Sequence record: DRR723986_19395
Direction: 5' to 3' (one strand)
Length of the DNA: 64,000 nt
How positions within the stretch are numbered: position 1 is the first letter of the stretch; each line of letters starts with the position of its first letter. The notes beneath the pieces are model-generated. The model worked only from the letters and a program-made list of their open reading frames with translations. It made no database searches and was not told where the DNA came from. This document shows, piece by piece, positions 39,060 through 50,019 of this stretch. Position numbers and translations under genes: made by a program.

Positions 39060-41456
39060 TTACTGTTTCAAACGATAATTCATTGTTAAGTTAATTTGTC
39101 TCATTTGACGTTGAGAGCTTGCTTCAGTATAGAAATTATCCCCTTCTGTGATGTTTCTGTTTATTCGGGAATTCAGGATATCTGTAGCATTTAAGGTTAA
39201 GGTTCCGCGATCTTTAATTATATCCTTACTTGCAGACAAGTCCATGAAAAATATCCCTTTTCTGATCCCCTGTGCTGTTTTTTGCTTTGCTTCATAATTA
39301 GCGCGAAACTGTATATCCAAGCCATTTTTTAAAGTGAACCGGGAAGTTTGTCGGAATAGCCAAGAGTAAGTTTTAGCTGTGTAGTCAGCTTGGATGTTAC
39401 TTCCATCAATTTTTGCATGAAAGAAATTCACATTTACGTCAATTTTCCACCACTCTTTTGGCCGATAATCTCCACTAAGTTCTAATCCAAATGATTTTTC
39501 TCCATTTAAATTGTAGGGTTTTGTCACCGAACTCCCATCATTATTTACAGTTCTCAACCGTTCTATTTTTTCATCAGTACTTCTGTAATAAACAGTCGAA
39601 AAAAGAGTCCCTTTGTCGAAATATTTAATATGTCCAAGTTCGAATGCATTGGTGTATTCTGGGTTCAAATCTGGATTTCCACTACTGAAATTTCTAGCAT
39701 CTGAGAACGTTACATAAGGACTCAAATCATTATAAACTGGCCTTTGCACTCTTCTGCTATAGCTGAGTTGAAAAGCATTTTCTTGCGTGATGTTGTAAGT
39801 CAAGTGAGCACTCGGAAAAAGATTTGTGTACTTTCGTGGATTCTCTTCATTTGTCTCTTCGAGAATAGTTTTGACATCTGTATTTTCCACTCGCAAACCT
39901 GCCTGATAGCTCCAGTTATTCGTTTTATTGCCAATGATTCCGTAAGCGGCCATGATGTTTTCATTGTAAAGAAAAATATTATCTAGTCCTGGAATCGGAG
40001 TAAACTCTCCATCCTCACCTTTCTCCTGAACTAGGTAGTCATTTTTCATTCTTCTAAAACTTGTTCTAAAGCCTGTTTCAAACTTCCCCTCTTTTGCAAA
40101 AGGCTTGACGTAGTCCAACATGACCAAATATTGGTTTTCATATTCGTCATTTAGCGAGGTTTGAACTTGCTCAAGGGAGGTGTCTTCGACTCCTTCAGGC
40201 GAATAGGTGTTTTGTGTAAAAATTTGATCAGAATTTTCCCAATAATTCAAATAGGTAAACGTAGCTGTGAGCTCATGACCTTTCTGCTCAAATGCCCGCT
40301 TGTAGTTCGCTGAGATTTCTGAGTTTGGTTCTTGCTCAGTTTCATCCTGAGTTCTTAAACTATAAGTCTGCAAATTACCAATGGTATTCCAAGAGTCTTC
40401 ATAACGAAAATCTGTGAGTCTATGTGCATCACTTCTTCGCCAGATGTAGGATAAAGTCAGAATACTATTTTCATTGAAATAATAATCCAGTCCACCTCTG
40501 ATATTGTTATTCCAACTAGCCACCGTGCCTTCTCTAGTCTGATTTGAGATAAATGTGGTGTCTTGTGTATAGACTTCCTGATACAAATCTGCCACATTTG
40601 GTGAGCGTCGGTGGGCCAAACCATAGTTTATAAACCAGTTGATTTTTTTGTGCCTGTAGTTCAAATTCGCAGTGAAACCAAGGTTCGTGGGAGTTCCAGC
40701 GATTACTTCAAAGGAACCGTTGAACCCTTGATTATTTTCTTTTTTCAAAATGATATTAATGACACCAGCCATACCTTCAGCTTCATATCTGGCAGACGGA
40801 TTCGTGATCACTTCTACTCGATCTATCATATTGGCTGGGAGCTGGCGCAACCCACTACTTCCTTTGAAACTAACCAACCCAGAGGGCTTCCCATCGATCA
40901 AAATTCTAACATTAGATGAGCCTCTCAATCGTACATTTCCTTCCGGATCTAATGCAATAGAAGGCAAATTCATCAGAATGTCATTTGCCGTTCCACCGGC
41001 ATTTGCCAAATCCTTACCCACGTTGAAAATTCGCTTATCAAGTGAAAGCTCCATGATCGTTTTTTCACCGCGAACTACCACTTCTTCTAAATCTTCAGAG
41101 GTTGATTCCAACGTTATAATACCAAGATCAACTTTGTTGTTTTGAGGTGAAAAATTGATTGATCTAGTCTTATGAGATTCAAAGCCCATGAATTCAATCA
41201 ATGCGTAAAAGTTACCATTAGGAACATCTATGCTGAACTTCCCATTTTCTTCCGATATCCCACCGGCCACCAAGCTGTCTTTTTCTGAATAGATGCCAAC
41301 AGTAGCGAAACCTAATGGGTTTTCACTCCCTTTTTCATGGATTGTTCCAGAAAGTTTGGCCTGGTTTTGTTGAGCAAAAGCGTAGGTGTTAAATAGGATT
41401 GCTATTGAAAGGAAAGCCCCGAATTTCCCAAGACAGCTAAGTTTGGTTTGGTCCAT
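39060..41456 (-). CDS. TonB-dependent receptor / outer-membrane beta-barrel protein
   Basis: CarboxypepD_reg N-domain, LEEVVV, plug RVEVITNPSARYEAEG..GVINIILKK, GNPDLNPE barrel motif. Confidence 0.9.
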   Translation of the reverse strand: MDQTKLSCLGKFGAFLSIAILFNTYAFAQQNQAKLSGTIHEKGSENPLGFATVGIYSEKDSLVAGGISEENGKFSIDVPNGNFYALIEFMGFESHKTRSINFSPQNNKVDLGIITLESTSEDLEEVVVRGEKTIMELSLDKRIFNVGKDLANAGGTANDILMNLPSIALDPEGNVRLRGSSNVRILIDGKPSGLVSFKGSSGLRQLPANMIDRVEVITNPSARYEAEGMAGVINIILKKENNQGFNGSFEVIAGTPTNLGFTANLNYRHKKINWFINYGLAHRRSPNVADLYQEVYTQDTTFISNQTREGTVASWNNNIRGGLDYYFNENSILTLSYIWRRSDAHRLTDFRYEDSWNTIGNLQTYSLRTQDETEQEPNSEISANYKRAFEQKGHELTATFTYLNYWENSDQIFTQNTYSPEGVEDTSLEQVQTSLNDEYENQYLVMLDYVKPFAKEGKFETGFRTSFRRMKNDYLVQEKGEDGEFTPIPGLDNIFLYNENIMAAYGIIGNKTNNWSYQAGLRVENTDVKTILEETNEENPRKYTNLFPSAHLTYNITQENAFQLSYSRRVQRPVYNDLSPYVTFSDARNFSSGNPDLNPEYTNAFELGHIKYFDKGTLFSTVYYRSTDEKIERLRTVNNDGSSVTKPYNLNGEKSFGLELSGDYRPKEWWKIDVNVNFFHAKIDGSNIQADYTAKTYSWLFRQTSRFTLKNGLDIQFRANYEAKQKTAQGIRKGIFFMDLSASKDIIKDRGTLTLNATDILNSRINRNITEGDNFYTEASSQRQMRQINLTMNYRLKQ

Positions 41457-41618
41457 TTTGCAATTCTAGGTTTGATTTTTTGGGTTTCTTTACTCCAAAT
41501 CAACTGTTGAAGGGAGTGGATTTGACAGGAATATATTTTGAATATTCGGGAAATCCAGAGATTAAGTGATCAATGGTCTAAAAGTTTGCTGGGAAATAAC
41601 GTTTAGACCTTTGCGTTA

Positions 41619-42284
41619 CTATTTCTTTGTTAGAAGACCTACTTTAATTCCCAAAGTCACATGTGGCATATAGTCCCTTCCGTTTATTCGGTATCGATCA
41701 CTACCCAAAAAATTCTCGTCTTCTTTATTTTGAATTGGAGATACTTTTAGCATAGTTATTTTGGTGTACCTAGTCCGAATTCCAATTCCGACAAAACTGT
41801 CTAATAGTATATTTTGAGAAATGAATTTCTGCTTACCTAATTTTAATCCGGTGCCCAGCACCTGAAAGTCAATGTGTGCTTTATCATACCAAGTTTTGGA
41901 ATTTGAAGAATAGTAGTAATCATCTGTACGATTGAAGTCCTTTTCGACAAAAAATAATTCAACCCCCCAATAGTTCTTTGCAGAATAAAGTTTTAATTCG
42001 TTCTTCGTTCTCCACATAGAGAACTGTTCATTTTTTCCTCTACCTGAAGAGATTCCAATAAAGCCGCCATTCAATCCTATTTCTGACTGAATACTAAGTT
42101 TTGGACTCAAAAAGTATTCAATTCCGCCCTGAACGACAACGGTCTCAGGTTCCAAAAGTGCCATAGGAGAGGCCTTAATCAAAATGTTTTTGTCAAGTCT
42201 AGGTATTTGTTGAGCGAAGTTTTTCGAAGGCATTAGCCAAAATAGTAGAATACATACCACTTTGAGCCAACAGCTTGATTTCAT
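41619..42284 (-). CDS. DUF3575-like outer-membrane protein
   Basis: Signal peptide from ATG 42284, which removes the overlap with the antiporter; IKASP..L, DSFVGIGIR and LGIKVG beta strands. Confidence 0.6.
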   Translation of the reverse strand: MKSSCWLKVVCILLFWLMPSKNFAQQIPRLDKNILIKASPMALLEPETVVVQGGIEYFLSPKLSIQSEIGLNGGFIGISSGRGKNEQFSMWRTKNELKLYSAKNYWGVELFFVEKDFNRTDDYYYSSNSKTWYDKAHIDFQVLGTGLKLGKQKFISQNILLDSFVGIGIRTRYTKITMLKVSPIQNKEDENFLGSDRYRINGRDYMPHVTLGIKVGLLTKK

Positions 42285-42342
42285 TTTAAGATCAAAATAT
42301 CTGGTACTTGCATTGTTTTCTGGTGTCAACTTATTGAAATTT

Positions 42343-44493
42343 TTATTTCCTTCTAAATAGCTTTGCAACCAATTTCCTGGTATAATCAAATCGCTCAATT
42401 GGTCCAATAAGTGAGCCATGTATCATTTCCATTCCGTCCATTCCAGCGAATTTGGGTTGGTTAGGATAGATTAATATGAAGCTATTATTCTTCAACCAAG
42501 TATTGATCAAGTTTGGAACCTGCTCCAATTTTGGATGGTAGGAAATGGTGCCTTTTCTGCTCAAAATCATGATCAAATTATCATCAGACTTTAGATGAAT
42601 ATTAAGATTTGAAAGCTCTTCCCATCCTGGAAATGCACGAAAATCAACTCTGATTGGATGATTTTTTAGGATATCGGCCAGGTATTCTCTTGTTTCAGGT
42701 GCTACATAAAAGATAATTCTAGCTCCAGTATTTCTAGCTATATTCCAGACTTTGACCAGCCAAAACGGGAATCCTAGCTCTTTTTCTGCATTCGGAGGGA
42801 CTAGGATCAAATGTCTCTTGTGTGTATCGAACGGTTGATGGGATTTGTAAATAAAGGTCGTTGTATTTGATTTACTTAGCAGACCTTCCGTGAGATTTCC
42901 CAAAAAGCTATCATCTATACCTTGTTTTTCATGAAGGCCTAATACTAGGTCGGTAATTTTATTCTCATGGATTACACCTGTAATTCCTTGTTCAACATTT
43001 GTGTCATAACGAAGCAGTTCAATCAGAAAGTGGTCTGTAGCCGATGCTGTTTCACTCGCTTTGTTTAACGTTTTTTGAGCCTTCATTTCTGCCGCAGAAT
43101 CCTGTAGATCTGGGTTGATGATACTCAAAGCATACATACCACTTTTCCTTTTTGGCGACTGGATTAAGATACTTAGATTGATAAGTTGATCCGATGTTTC
43201 CTGATTTCTGACAGGGATAAGAATTCGCTCCACTATTTCTTTTTCACTATTTGCATCGTCAATAACCGTTTCAGCTAGTGCAATATTCTTAGCGCCTTTT
43301 TGAGCTTCCAAAGAGGCAATGGTACAGGTGATGAGTATCATGATGATTGTACCATTTAAGATAGATTCTGATAAAAGGCGGATGGGCTCACCTAAATCAT
43401 CATATCCTATGAATGTATTAAACCCGATGATTACAGCTGCTAGAGTTGCTGCTGCTTGGGCATTACTAAGTCCAAAAATTATCCTACGTTCATCTATTGT
43501 GAATTTGTATGTTTTTTGTGTTGCTAAGGCAGCTAGCCATTTTGCGGTAATAGCAATAGTCGTCATCACAAACGCTACCCAGATCGTTTCCCAACTTTGA
43601 AAAAACACCCTGAAATCAACTAACATTCCTACTCCAATTAGGAAAAATGGGATAAAAATTGAATTACCTACAAACTCTATCCGATTCATCAGAGGCGAAG
43701 TATGGGGAATCATTGAATTGATGGATAGACCAACAAGGAATGCCCCAATAATAGCCTCAATTCCTGCAAGTTCAGCCAAAGTGGCACCTAAAAAAACTAG
43801 TACTAATACAAAAATGTATTGAGAAGAATTATCTAAGTATTTTTTGAAAAACCATCGAGCAAGCCGAGGGAAACCAAAGATGATAGTCAGTGCAAATAAA
43901 GTGATAGAAAGAATTAGTTTTAGCCAGAAAAGAGTGTTTACTTCTCCTTTGGTAGAGCCAATAATTATTGCCAAAATCAATAAGGCCAAGGTGTCTGTGA
44001 TTAAGGTTCCTCCGACTGTAATATTTACCGCTCGGTTTTTCCCAATTCCCAATTTTGAAATTAAAGGATAGGCAATTAAGGTATGTGAAGCAAACATGCT
44101 GGCAAGCAAGACTGAAGAGATCAATGACAAATCAAGAAGGAAGAGCCCTGAGATGATTCCTAATATCATGGGAATTAGGAAGGTATACATTCCAAAAACC
44201 AGGCTCTTATTCCGGTTTTTCTTAAACTCATGCAAATCGATCTCTAATCCAGCGAGAAACATGATATAGAGTAGTCCAGCAGTGCCAGAAAGAATAATCC
44301 CACTGTCCCGCTCAATTAGGGCCACTCCATTTGGGCCAACAATAGCACCAGCTATGATTAACCCTAATAATGGAGGGATTTTTATACGGTTTAATAGTAT
44401 GGGAGCCAAAAGGATGATCAATAGAATTAATAGAAATTTGATCACCGGATTGGTAATTGGCAATTCGGATGAAAAAATCGATTCTAGGATCAT
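42343..44493 (-). CDS. Cation:proton antiporter (CPA2/Kef-type) with C-terminal USP-like domain
   Basis: GAIVGPNG, MFLAGLEID, ASHTL, FIPFFLIGVGM and QAAATLAA motifs; soluble RILIPV C-terminal domain. Confidence 0.9.
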   Translation of the reverse strand: MILESIFSSELPITNPVIKFLLILLIILLAPILLNRIKIPPLLGLIIAGAIVGPNGVALIERDSGIILSGTAGLLYIMFLAGLEIDLHEFKKNRNKSLVFGMYTFLIPMILGIISGLFLLDLSLISSVLLASMFASHTLIAYPLISKLGIGKNRAVNITVGGTLITDTLALLILAIIIGSTKGEVNTLFWLKLILSITLFALTIIFGFPRLARWFFKKYLDNSSQYIFVLVLVFLGATLAELAGIEAIIGAFLVGLSINSMIPHTSPLMNRIEFVGNSIFIPFFLIGVGMLVDFRVFFQSWETIWVAFVMTTIAITAKWLAALATQKTYKFTIDERRIIFGLSNAQAAATLAAVIIGFNTFIGYDDLGEPIRLLSESILNGTIIMILITCTIASLEAQKGAKNIALAETVIDDANSEKEIVERILIPVRNQETSDQLINLSILIQSPKRKSGMYALSIINPDLQDSAAEMKAQKTLNKASETASATDHFLIELLRYDTNVEQGITGVIHENKITDLVLGLHEKQGIDDSFLGNLTEGLLSKSNTTTFIYKSHQPFDTHKRHLILVPPNAEKELGFPFWLVKVWNIARNTGARIIFYVAPETREYLADILKNHPIRVDFRAFPGWEELSNLNIHLKSDDNLIMILSRKGTISYHPKLEQVPNLINTWLKNNSFILIYPNQPKFAGMDGMEMIHGSLIGPIERFDYTRKLVAKLFRRK

Positions 44494-44515
44494 GTTTTAG
44501 GATTTTATTTCTTAT

Positions 44516-45472
44516 TCAAAGCTCCATGCTAACTAAGTAGGTAGTATATCCAATGTATGCTAGTAATAGTATGATAGCCTCCCATCTGTCCAGACTCTTT
44601 CTTTTGCCGGAAAACATAGCAATGAAGAGAAATAGCGTGCCACCTAAAAGCAAGTATATGTCGTTATTAAAAGTGATTTGAAAAGGTAAAGGTCTAATGA
44701 TTGAACTTACACCGAGTATCAAGAAAATATTAAAAATATTGGAGCCAATTATATTACCTATTGCGATATCATTGTTCTTCTTTAAAGATGCCACTACAGA
44801 GGTAGCCAATTCTGGCAGGGATGTTCCGGCAGCAATGATGGTGAGTCCGATGATTTTCTCGCTCACACCTAAACTGTTGGCAATTGTCACAGCGTTATCC
44901 ACTACTAGTTTTCCGCCCAAAACAAGCCCCGCTAGCCCGCCTAAAATCAGAGTCCAGATTTTGAGATTTGAGTAGACTTTTTGCTCGATTTCTTGATTAG
45001 TAGTTTCTGATTTGAGTTGTGTGAAAACATAATATAGAAATGCAGCAAAACAAACCAATAGAACTATCCCTTCAATCATCGATAAACTAGGTGCTGTATT
45101 TGAGAAATAATTATTGACCATCAGCAATAAGATGATAGCCGCGATAAAAGAAAAAGGAATCTCTTTCCAAACCGAACTAGATTGAACGGCTAGCGGGGTA
45201 ATTAATCCTGCTACTCCAAGAATGAAAAACAGATTAAAATTATTGGATCCGATTACATTACCGAAAACTATATCTGCGTAGCCTTGTGCGGAAGCAACTG
45301 AATTGACTACTAATTCTGGTGCGGATGTACCAAAAGCCACTATAGTCAGACCGATAGCCAAGTCCGAAACTTTGTGTTTTTTTGCTAGTACCGATGCACC
45401 ATCTACCAGCCAATCAGCACCTTTTACTAATAGTAAAAGACCTGCAATAAGAATGACACTTTGAAGAATCAT
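44516..45472 (-). CDS. Calcium/sodium antiporter (CaCA, YrbG-like)
   Basis: Two alpha repeats: GTSAPEL..GSN and GTSLPEL..GSN. Confidence 0.93.
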   Translation of the reverse strand: MILQSVILIAGLLLLVKGADWLVDGASVLAKKHKVSDLAIGLTIVAFGTSAPELVVNSVASAQGYADIVFGNVIGSNNFNLFFILGVAGLITPLAVQSSSVWKEIPFSFIAAIILLLMVNNYFSNTAPSLSMIEGIVLLVCFAAFLYYVFTQLKSETTNQEIEQKVYSNLKIWTLILGGLAGLVLGGKLVVDNAVTIANSLGVSEKIIGLTIIAAGTSLPELATSVVASLKKNNDIAIGNIIGSNIFNIFLILGVSSIIRPLPFQITFNNDIYLLLGGTLFLFIAMFSGKRKSLDRWEAIILLLAYIGYTTYLVSMEL

Positions 45473-45679
45473 AGCTTTGGTGATTTTTCTTCTACAGCTA
45501 AATGCTTTAAAAATCTATCAAAAGTAGAATGAAATATGTAGGTAATTTCATGCTATACCAATAAATATTTTTAAAGCAAAAGTGGTTTGACTTTAGCCTA
45601 TCTTTTATCATCCACAATTTTAACTTGCTTTGTTGTTTTTATTTGATGTTTTTCCTAACACACTTATGAACAAATTCTT

Positions 45680-46115
45680 ATGAAGCTGTTTTATTTGCCG
45701 TTAATATTCATATTTACTTTTTCCGTTTCCGCAGCTTTGGCCCAAGAAAATATGCCTCCACATATAAAGGAAGGTATTACTTATCGTGTAATGAATTTTC
45801 ACCTTGGGTGGGAGTGATGCCAGTTGCCAATCCGGCTATTACTTACGATTCTACTCTTAACTATAAAATCGTTTTTGATTTGAATGGGAAAGTGAAAGAC
45901 TCTACAGTCGCAAACCCTATTCTTTTAGAAGTGGCAAGGACTTATAATCTCACCGTTGCAAATGGAGTTCCTGCTGAAAAATTCAAGTAGCGGCTGTTAT
46001 CCATGGAGGTTTGGTGGATGTGATATTAACAGAAGAGGACTACCAACCTCTGATGCTCAAGGTGCCTTAAATTGAATCAGTCGTTAAACCAGAGGTAAAG
46101 CATGGGCGATACTAA
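45680..46115 (+). pseudogene. Fragmented DsrE-family exported protein
   Basis: Three consecutive frames: signal-peptide piece (45680-45817), YKIVFDL...EVARTYNL..ANGVP (to 45990) and IQVAAVIHG (from 45981). In-frame TAA at 46068-46070. Confidence 0.75.
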
Positions 46116-46399
46116 TGGGCAATGGTCTCGGTTTTTTAAATTTCTAAATCACTTTTGTGATTTTAAAATCAGATTCATTGTAGGATACATAGATAATTAA
46201 GTAGTAATTCTACTGATACGAGGGGCGAATTCTAAGTAAGATAGATTCTGTTTGTGATGATCTTAAGTAAGCAACATAGCTTGAAAATTCTATCCGAACA
46301 GATTGCATAAGGGTTTTAGGCAGGATGACAGTAAGTGCTACAGTATCAGCAAAAAGCTTGGAATTTGAGACTACTAAAAAAAATCAATTTAGCTATTAA

Positions 46400-46439
46400 A
46401 TCAAAAAAGGGGTTCGATAATAAATCGAACCCCTTTGAT
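46400..46439 (-). terminator. OmpA-gene terminator
   Basis: aaaggggttcgat-aataa-atcgaaccccttt with a flanking A run. Confidence 0.8.
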
Positions 46440-46456
46440 TATGTATTGAGTGCTAA

Positions 46457-47743
46457 TTACTTCACTTCGAAGCTAGCTCTTCTAGCCATTTGTCTTGCAT
46501 CTGCTGATGACTTATCTACGCTGGTATCTTCACCATATCCTTTGTAGGATAATCTTGAAGCATCAACTCCTGAAGCTACTAAGATGTCATAAACAGCCTT
46601 AGCTCTTCTTTCAGAAAGTTTCATGTTGTAATCTTCAGGACCTAATTCATCAGCATAACCTTTGATTTCAACACTTACTCCTGGATTCTTTTTCAAGAAA
46701 TTTGAAACATAGCTAGCTGCGCTAGTAGAGTATCCAAGTGGCTTAGAGCTATCGAATGCGTAGTAAACATTAACATAACCGTCATTGATAGCTTTCTTGA
46801 AGAAATCAAGTTGCTCTTGTACTTCTTCAACTGGACATCCATTTGTTGATGCTGGACCAGGAAGGAAAGGACACTTATCCATGTGATCAGGAGTTCCGTC
46901 ACCGTCAGAATCCAAAGTCATACCTGCGGAGTTAACTCTTGCACCAGCTGGAGTATTAGGCTCTTTATCTAAATAATCAGGAACGCCATCACCGTCAGAA
47001 TCCTTCAACATATCTTTGATTCCGTTGATTTGAGTAGCAAGTTCTTCTTTTGTAGCATATTTATCTGCAGCAATGTACCAGTCAGCGTGCTCTTCATTTT
47101 TACCTAAGTAGAACTGAAGACCTATTGTACCAGTCCACAATACGCTATTAGCTCCGAAGAAACCATTGTCGATCGCTGGTCCGATTGGAGTAGATCCATC
47201 CCAAGTAACTGTCTGGCGACCGTTAATGATGGTACTGATGTCTCCATAAAGAGCAACACCTTTACCCAACTTCAATTGAGGAGTTACACCAACTATAAAG
47301 TTGTAAACGTCATCAGTTTCACCTGCATAAAGGTTTTCTTGAGGTTTCACACTACCGATACCACCACCAAAATGACCTAGCAAACCTAGAGATCTTGAAA
47401 ATGATTCGAAATTCATGATTCTACCAAGGTTGGAAACCATTTGAAGATCCAAACGATAATATTTGGTGTCAAATGAACCTGTCATAGCATCGTCATTACC
47501 TGCTTCTTTCACAGATCCGAAACCGTAATCTAGTTTCAAACCAAATTTCTCGTTAAACATGTACCTAGCACCGAAATCGATGTGACCTAGGTTGAGAGTA
47601 GGAGACAGATATCCAGCTGCAATGGGTGCCATCGGTTTATTAAAACCTCCGCCAACTTCCAGAGAGAATTTGTCGAATTCCTGTGCATTTGCTCCAACTG
47701 AAAGAGCGCCTGCGATAATTGTTGATAGTATTAGTTTTTTCAT
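46457..47743 (-). CDS. OmpA-family outer-membrane protein with TSP type-3-like Ca-binding repeats
   Basis: N-terminal barrel, DSDGDGVPD/DSDGDGTPD repeats, GYAD..G..YNMKLSERRA peptidoglycan-binding domain. Confidence 0.92.
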   Translation of the reverse strand: MKKLILSTIIAGALSVGANAQEFDKFSLEVGGGFNKPMAPIAAGYLSPTLNLGHIDFGARYMFNEKFGLKLDYGFGSVKEAGNDDAMTGSFDTKYYRLDLQMVSNLGRIMNFESFSRSLGLLGHFGGGIGSVKPQENLYAGETDDVYNFIVGVTPQLKLGKGVALYGDISTIINGRQTVTWDGSTPIGPAIDNGFFGANSVLWTGTIGLQFYLGKNEEHADWYIAADKYATKEELATQINGIKDMLKDSDGDGVPDYLDKEPNTPAGARVNSAGMTLDSDGDGTPDHMDKCPFLPGPASTNGCPVEEVQEQLDFFKKAINDGYVNVYYAFDSSKPLGYSTSAASYVSNFLKKNPGVSVEIKGYADELGPEDYNMKLSERRAKAVYDILVASGVDASRLSYKGYGEDTSVDKSSADARQMARRASFEVK

Positions 47744-47789
47744 AACAAAAAATTTTTGTTCAAATTTTAAGTGTTGATTGATGTGAATA

Positions 47790-47797
47790 CAAATTTA
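47790..47797 (-). promoter_or_regulatory. -7 promoter box (TAAATTTG) of the OmpA gene
   Basis: caaattta on + strand, 46 nt before the start. Confidence 0.5.
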
Positions 47798-47914
47798 TAA
47801 ACTTTTAATTTACTACAAATCTAGCTGAATTATTTAAAACCCACTGAGGATAAAAAATAAATTCCTGTCTTTTTTCAAATATAACATCGAAATATTAACA
47901 TAATTTATGCCACA

Positions 47915-48823
47915 ATGAAATTTTTATTCGAAATCCTAAAACAAAACAGTGTTTCGGGAGATGAATCCAAAACGTCAGAATCCATATTAAAGTATATAGC
48001 ACAACGGAAGAAAAGTTGGAAAGTTTTGCCAGAAATCTATTCTGGAGAAGATTTTCATGATTGTATTTTACTGAAATTTGGAAAGCCTAGAACAGCTGTT
48101 TTTGCTCATATAGATACCATAGGATTTATGTCAAGGTATAATAATCAGCTGATTAGCATTGGAGGGCCAGAGGTAATTGAAGGTACTTTATTGGAGGGGA
48201 AGGACTCGTTAGGAGAGATATCTTGTAAAATAAAAGGTGATGAAAATAATATTTCTCATGATTTTCCGAGAGGTATAGACCCTGGTACTCGCCTATCTTT
48301 TGCTCAGAATATTAGAATAAACGATGAATTTATTCAGGCAGCCTATTTGGATAATAGGTTAGGAGTTTATTCTGCGCTAGAGCTCTGCGAAAAAATTTCC
48401 GATGGTTGGGTGGTATTTTCCACATATGAGGAACATGGCGGAGGAAGCATGCCATTTTTACTCAAGTTCATTCAGGAAACATCTCCCGTTAAACAGGCAT
48501 TGATCTCTGATATTACCTGGATTACAGAAGGGGTTCAGTTTCATAAAGGCGTGGTGATTTCCATTAGAGATAAATTTGTCCCCAGAAAAAAGTTTATTGA
48601 TAGAATAATAAGTCTTGCAAATGAAAGTGGAATACCCTTCCAGCTTGAAGTGGAGGAATATGGCGGAAGTGATGGTAGAGAGGTGCAGTTTTCCCCATAT
48701 GCAATAGATTGGTGTTTTATAGGTGCAGCTGAAGAAAATGTACATTCTCCGGATGAAAAGGTTTCTTTGGTTGATTTGGAAGCGATGCTAAAGATTTATC
48801 CCTACTTACTAGAGAGACTTTAA
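47915..48823 (+). CDS. M42/M20-like metallo-aminopeptidase
   Basis: AHIDTIG, LDNRLG, YEEHG, SD, GGSDG and VHSPDE motifs. Confidence 0.85.
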   Translation: MKFLFEILKQNSVSGDESKTSESILKYIAQRKKSWKVLPEIYSGEDFHDCILLKFGKPRTAVFAHIDTIGFMSRYNNQLISIGGPEVIEGTLLEGKDSLGEISCKIKGDENNISHDFPRGIDPGTRLSFAQNIRINDEFIQAAYLDNRLGVYSALELCEKISDGWVVFSTYEEHGGGSMPFLLKFIQETSPVKQALISDITWITEGVQFHKGVVISIRDKFVPRKKFIDRIISLANESGIPFQLEVEEYGGSDGREVQFSPYAIDWCFIGAAEENVHSPDEKVSLVDLEAMLKIYPYLLERL

Positions 48824-48832
48824 TTATATAGG

Positions 48833-49369
48833 ATGAGTATTATTTTAAAAGACAAGATATTTGAGATTTACCTAAGCGCCGAAAAGATTCGTGTTAGGAA
48901 TACAGAACTTGGGAAAGCTATATCTCGGGATTTTGTAGGCAAGGAATTGGTTGTAATTGGGATTATGAATGGATCCTTTGTGTTTATGGCTGATCTATGT
49001 AGGCAAATAGATTTACCAATTTCTACTTCTTTTATAAAAGTGAGTAGTTATTCAGGAACAGAATCAACAGGGAATGTGCGGTCTATCTTAGGCTTAGAAG
49101 AAAAAATTGAGGGAAAAAATGTACTGATTGTAGAGGATATAGTTGATACTGGAATCAGCATGGATTATTTGTTAAAGGCACTTTCTGAGTTCAATCCTGC
49201 CAAAATTTCCATAGTAACTTTGCTACACAAACCTGATGCTTTTCAGTTTAATTACGCGTTGGATTATGTGGGTTTTGAAATTCCCAATAAATTTGTGGTC
49301 GGTTACGGCCTTGATTACGATGGTTTGGGTAGGAATTTACCTGATATTTACCAGCTCAGTACTCCTTAA
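48833..49369 (+). CDS. hpt: Hypoxanthine phosphoribosyltransferase
   Basis: VLIVEDIVDTG PRPP motif and FVVGYGLDY. Confidence 0.95.
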   Translation: MSIILKDKIFEIYLSAEKIRVRNTELGKAISRDFVGKELVVIGIMNGSFVFMADLCRQIDLPISTSFIKVSSYSGTESTGNVRSILGLEEKIEGKNVLIVEDIVDTGISMDYLLKALSEFNPAKISIVTLLHKPDAFQFNYALDYVGFEIPNKFVVGYGLDYDGLGRNLPDIYQLSTP

Positions 49370-49384
49370 ATAATAGACTTACGA

Positions 49385-49957
49385 ATGTATAATATTGTAT
49401 TATTTGGTCCTCCGGGTGCAGGCAAAGGCACTCAAAGTGAAAAACTTATTGAGAAATACGGACTTACTCATTTATCCACTGGGGATCTTTTTAGAAAGCA
49501 CCTAGGAGAAGGAACGGAACTTGGCCTACTCGCCAAAAAGTACATGAACGAAGGTCGATTGGTTCCTGATGAGGTTGTGATTGGAATGGTTGAGGATAAG
49601 ATCAATGAGACTAAAAATGCCAAAGGATTTATTTTTGATGGCTTTCCACGTACTACCGCACAAGCAGAGGCTTTGGATAAAATGCTCTCTAAGCATAGTC
49701 TTGAGATCAATGGCATGATAGCTCTTGATGTACCTGAAGAAGTATTGAGAGTGAGAATTAAAGAGCGGGGTAAAACTTCTAACCGAGTGGATGATCAAGA
49801 TGATGAAAAAATCAACACACGTATAAAAGTATACTTGGATGAGACTCTCCCGGTAGCTGATTATTATGGTTCACAAGAGAAACTTCAGAAAATCAATGGC
49901 GTAGGAGAGATCGATCAGATCTTCTCAGACATCACTTCGGTAATTGATAGCTACTGA
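49385..49957 (+). CDS. adk: Adenylate kinase (short LID type)
   Basis: GPPGAGKGTQ, HLSTGDLFR and FDGFPRT motifs. Confidence 0.96.
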   Translation: MYNIVLFGPPGAGKGTQSEKLIEKYGLTHLSTGDLFRKHLGEGTELGLLAKKYMNEGRLVPDEVVIGMVEDKINETKNAKGFIFDGFPRTTAQAEALDKMLSKHSLEINGMIALDVPEEVLRVRIKERGKTSNRVDDQDDEKINTRIKVYLDETLPVADYYGSQEKLQKINGVGEIDQIFSDITSVIDSY

Positions 49958-49992
49958 TTGCCTTTAATTTCCTAATTTTGCAAATCATATAT

Positions 49993-50019
49993 GGCTAAGC
50001 TAGTAAGCTTAGCCTTTTT
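49993..50019 (+). terminator. Terminator-like hairpin between adk and obgE
   Basis: ggctaagc-tagtaa-gcttagcc-ttttt. Confidence 0.65.

Noticed and set aside
46198-46271. Three TAAGTA(A)G words spaced 35 and 31 bp apart
   Set aside because: They are too short and irregular to be a CRISPR or iteron array in AT-rich DNA.
46335-46547. 70-aa ORF convergent with the OmpA gene
   Set aside because: It crosses the terminator and overlaps the OmpA gene antisense.
46895-47005. Direct DNA repeat tcaccgtcagaatcc
   Set aside because: It simply encodes the two DSDGD repeats of the OmpA protein.
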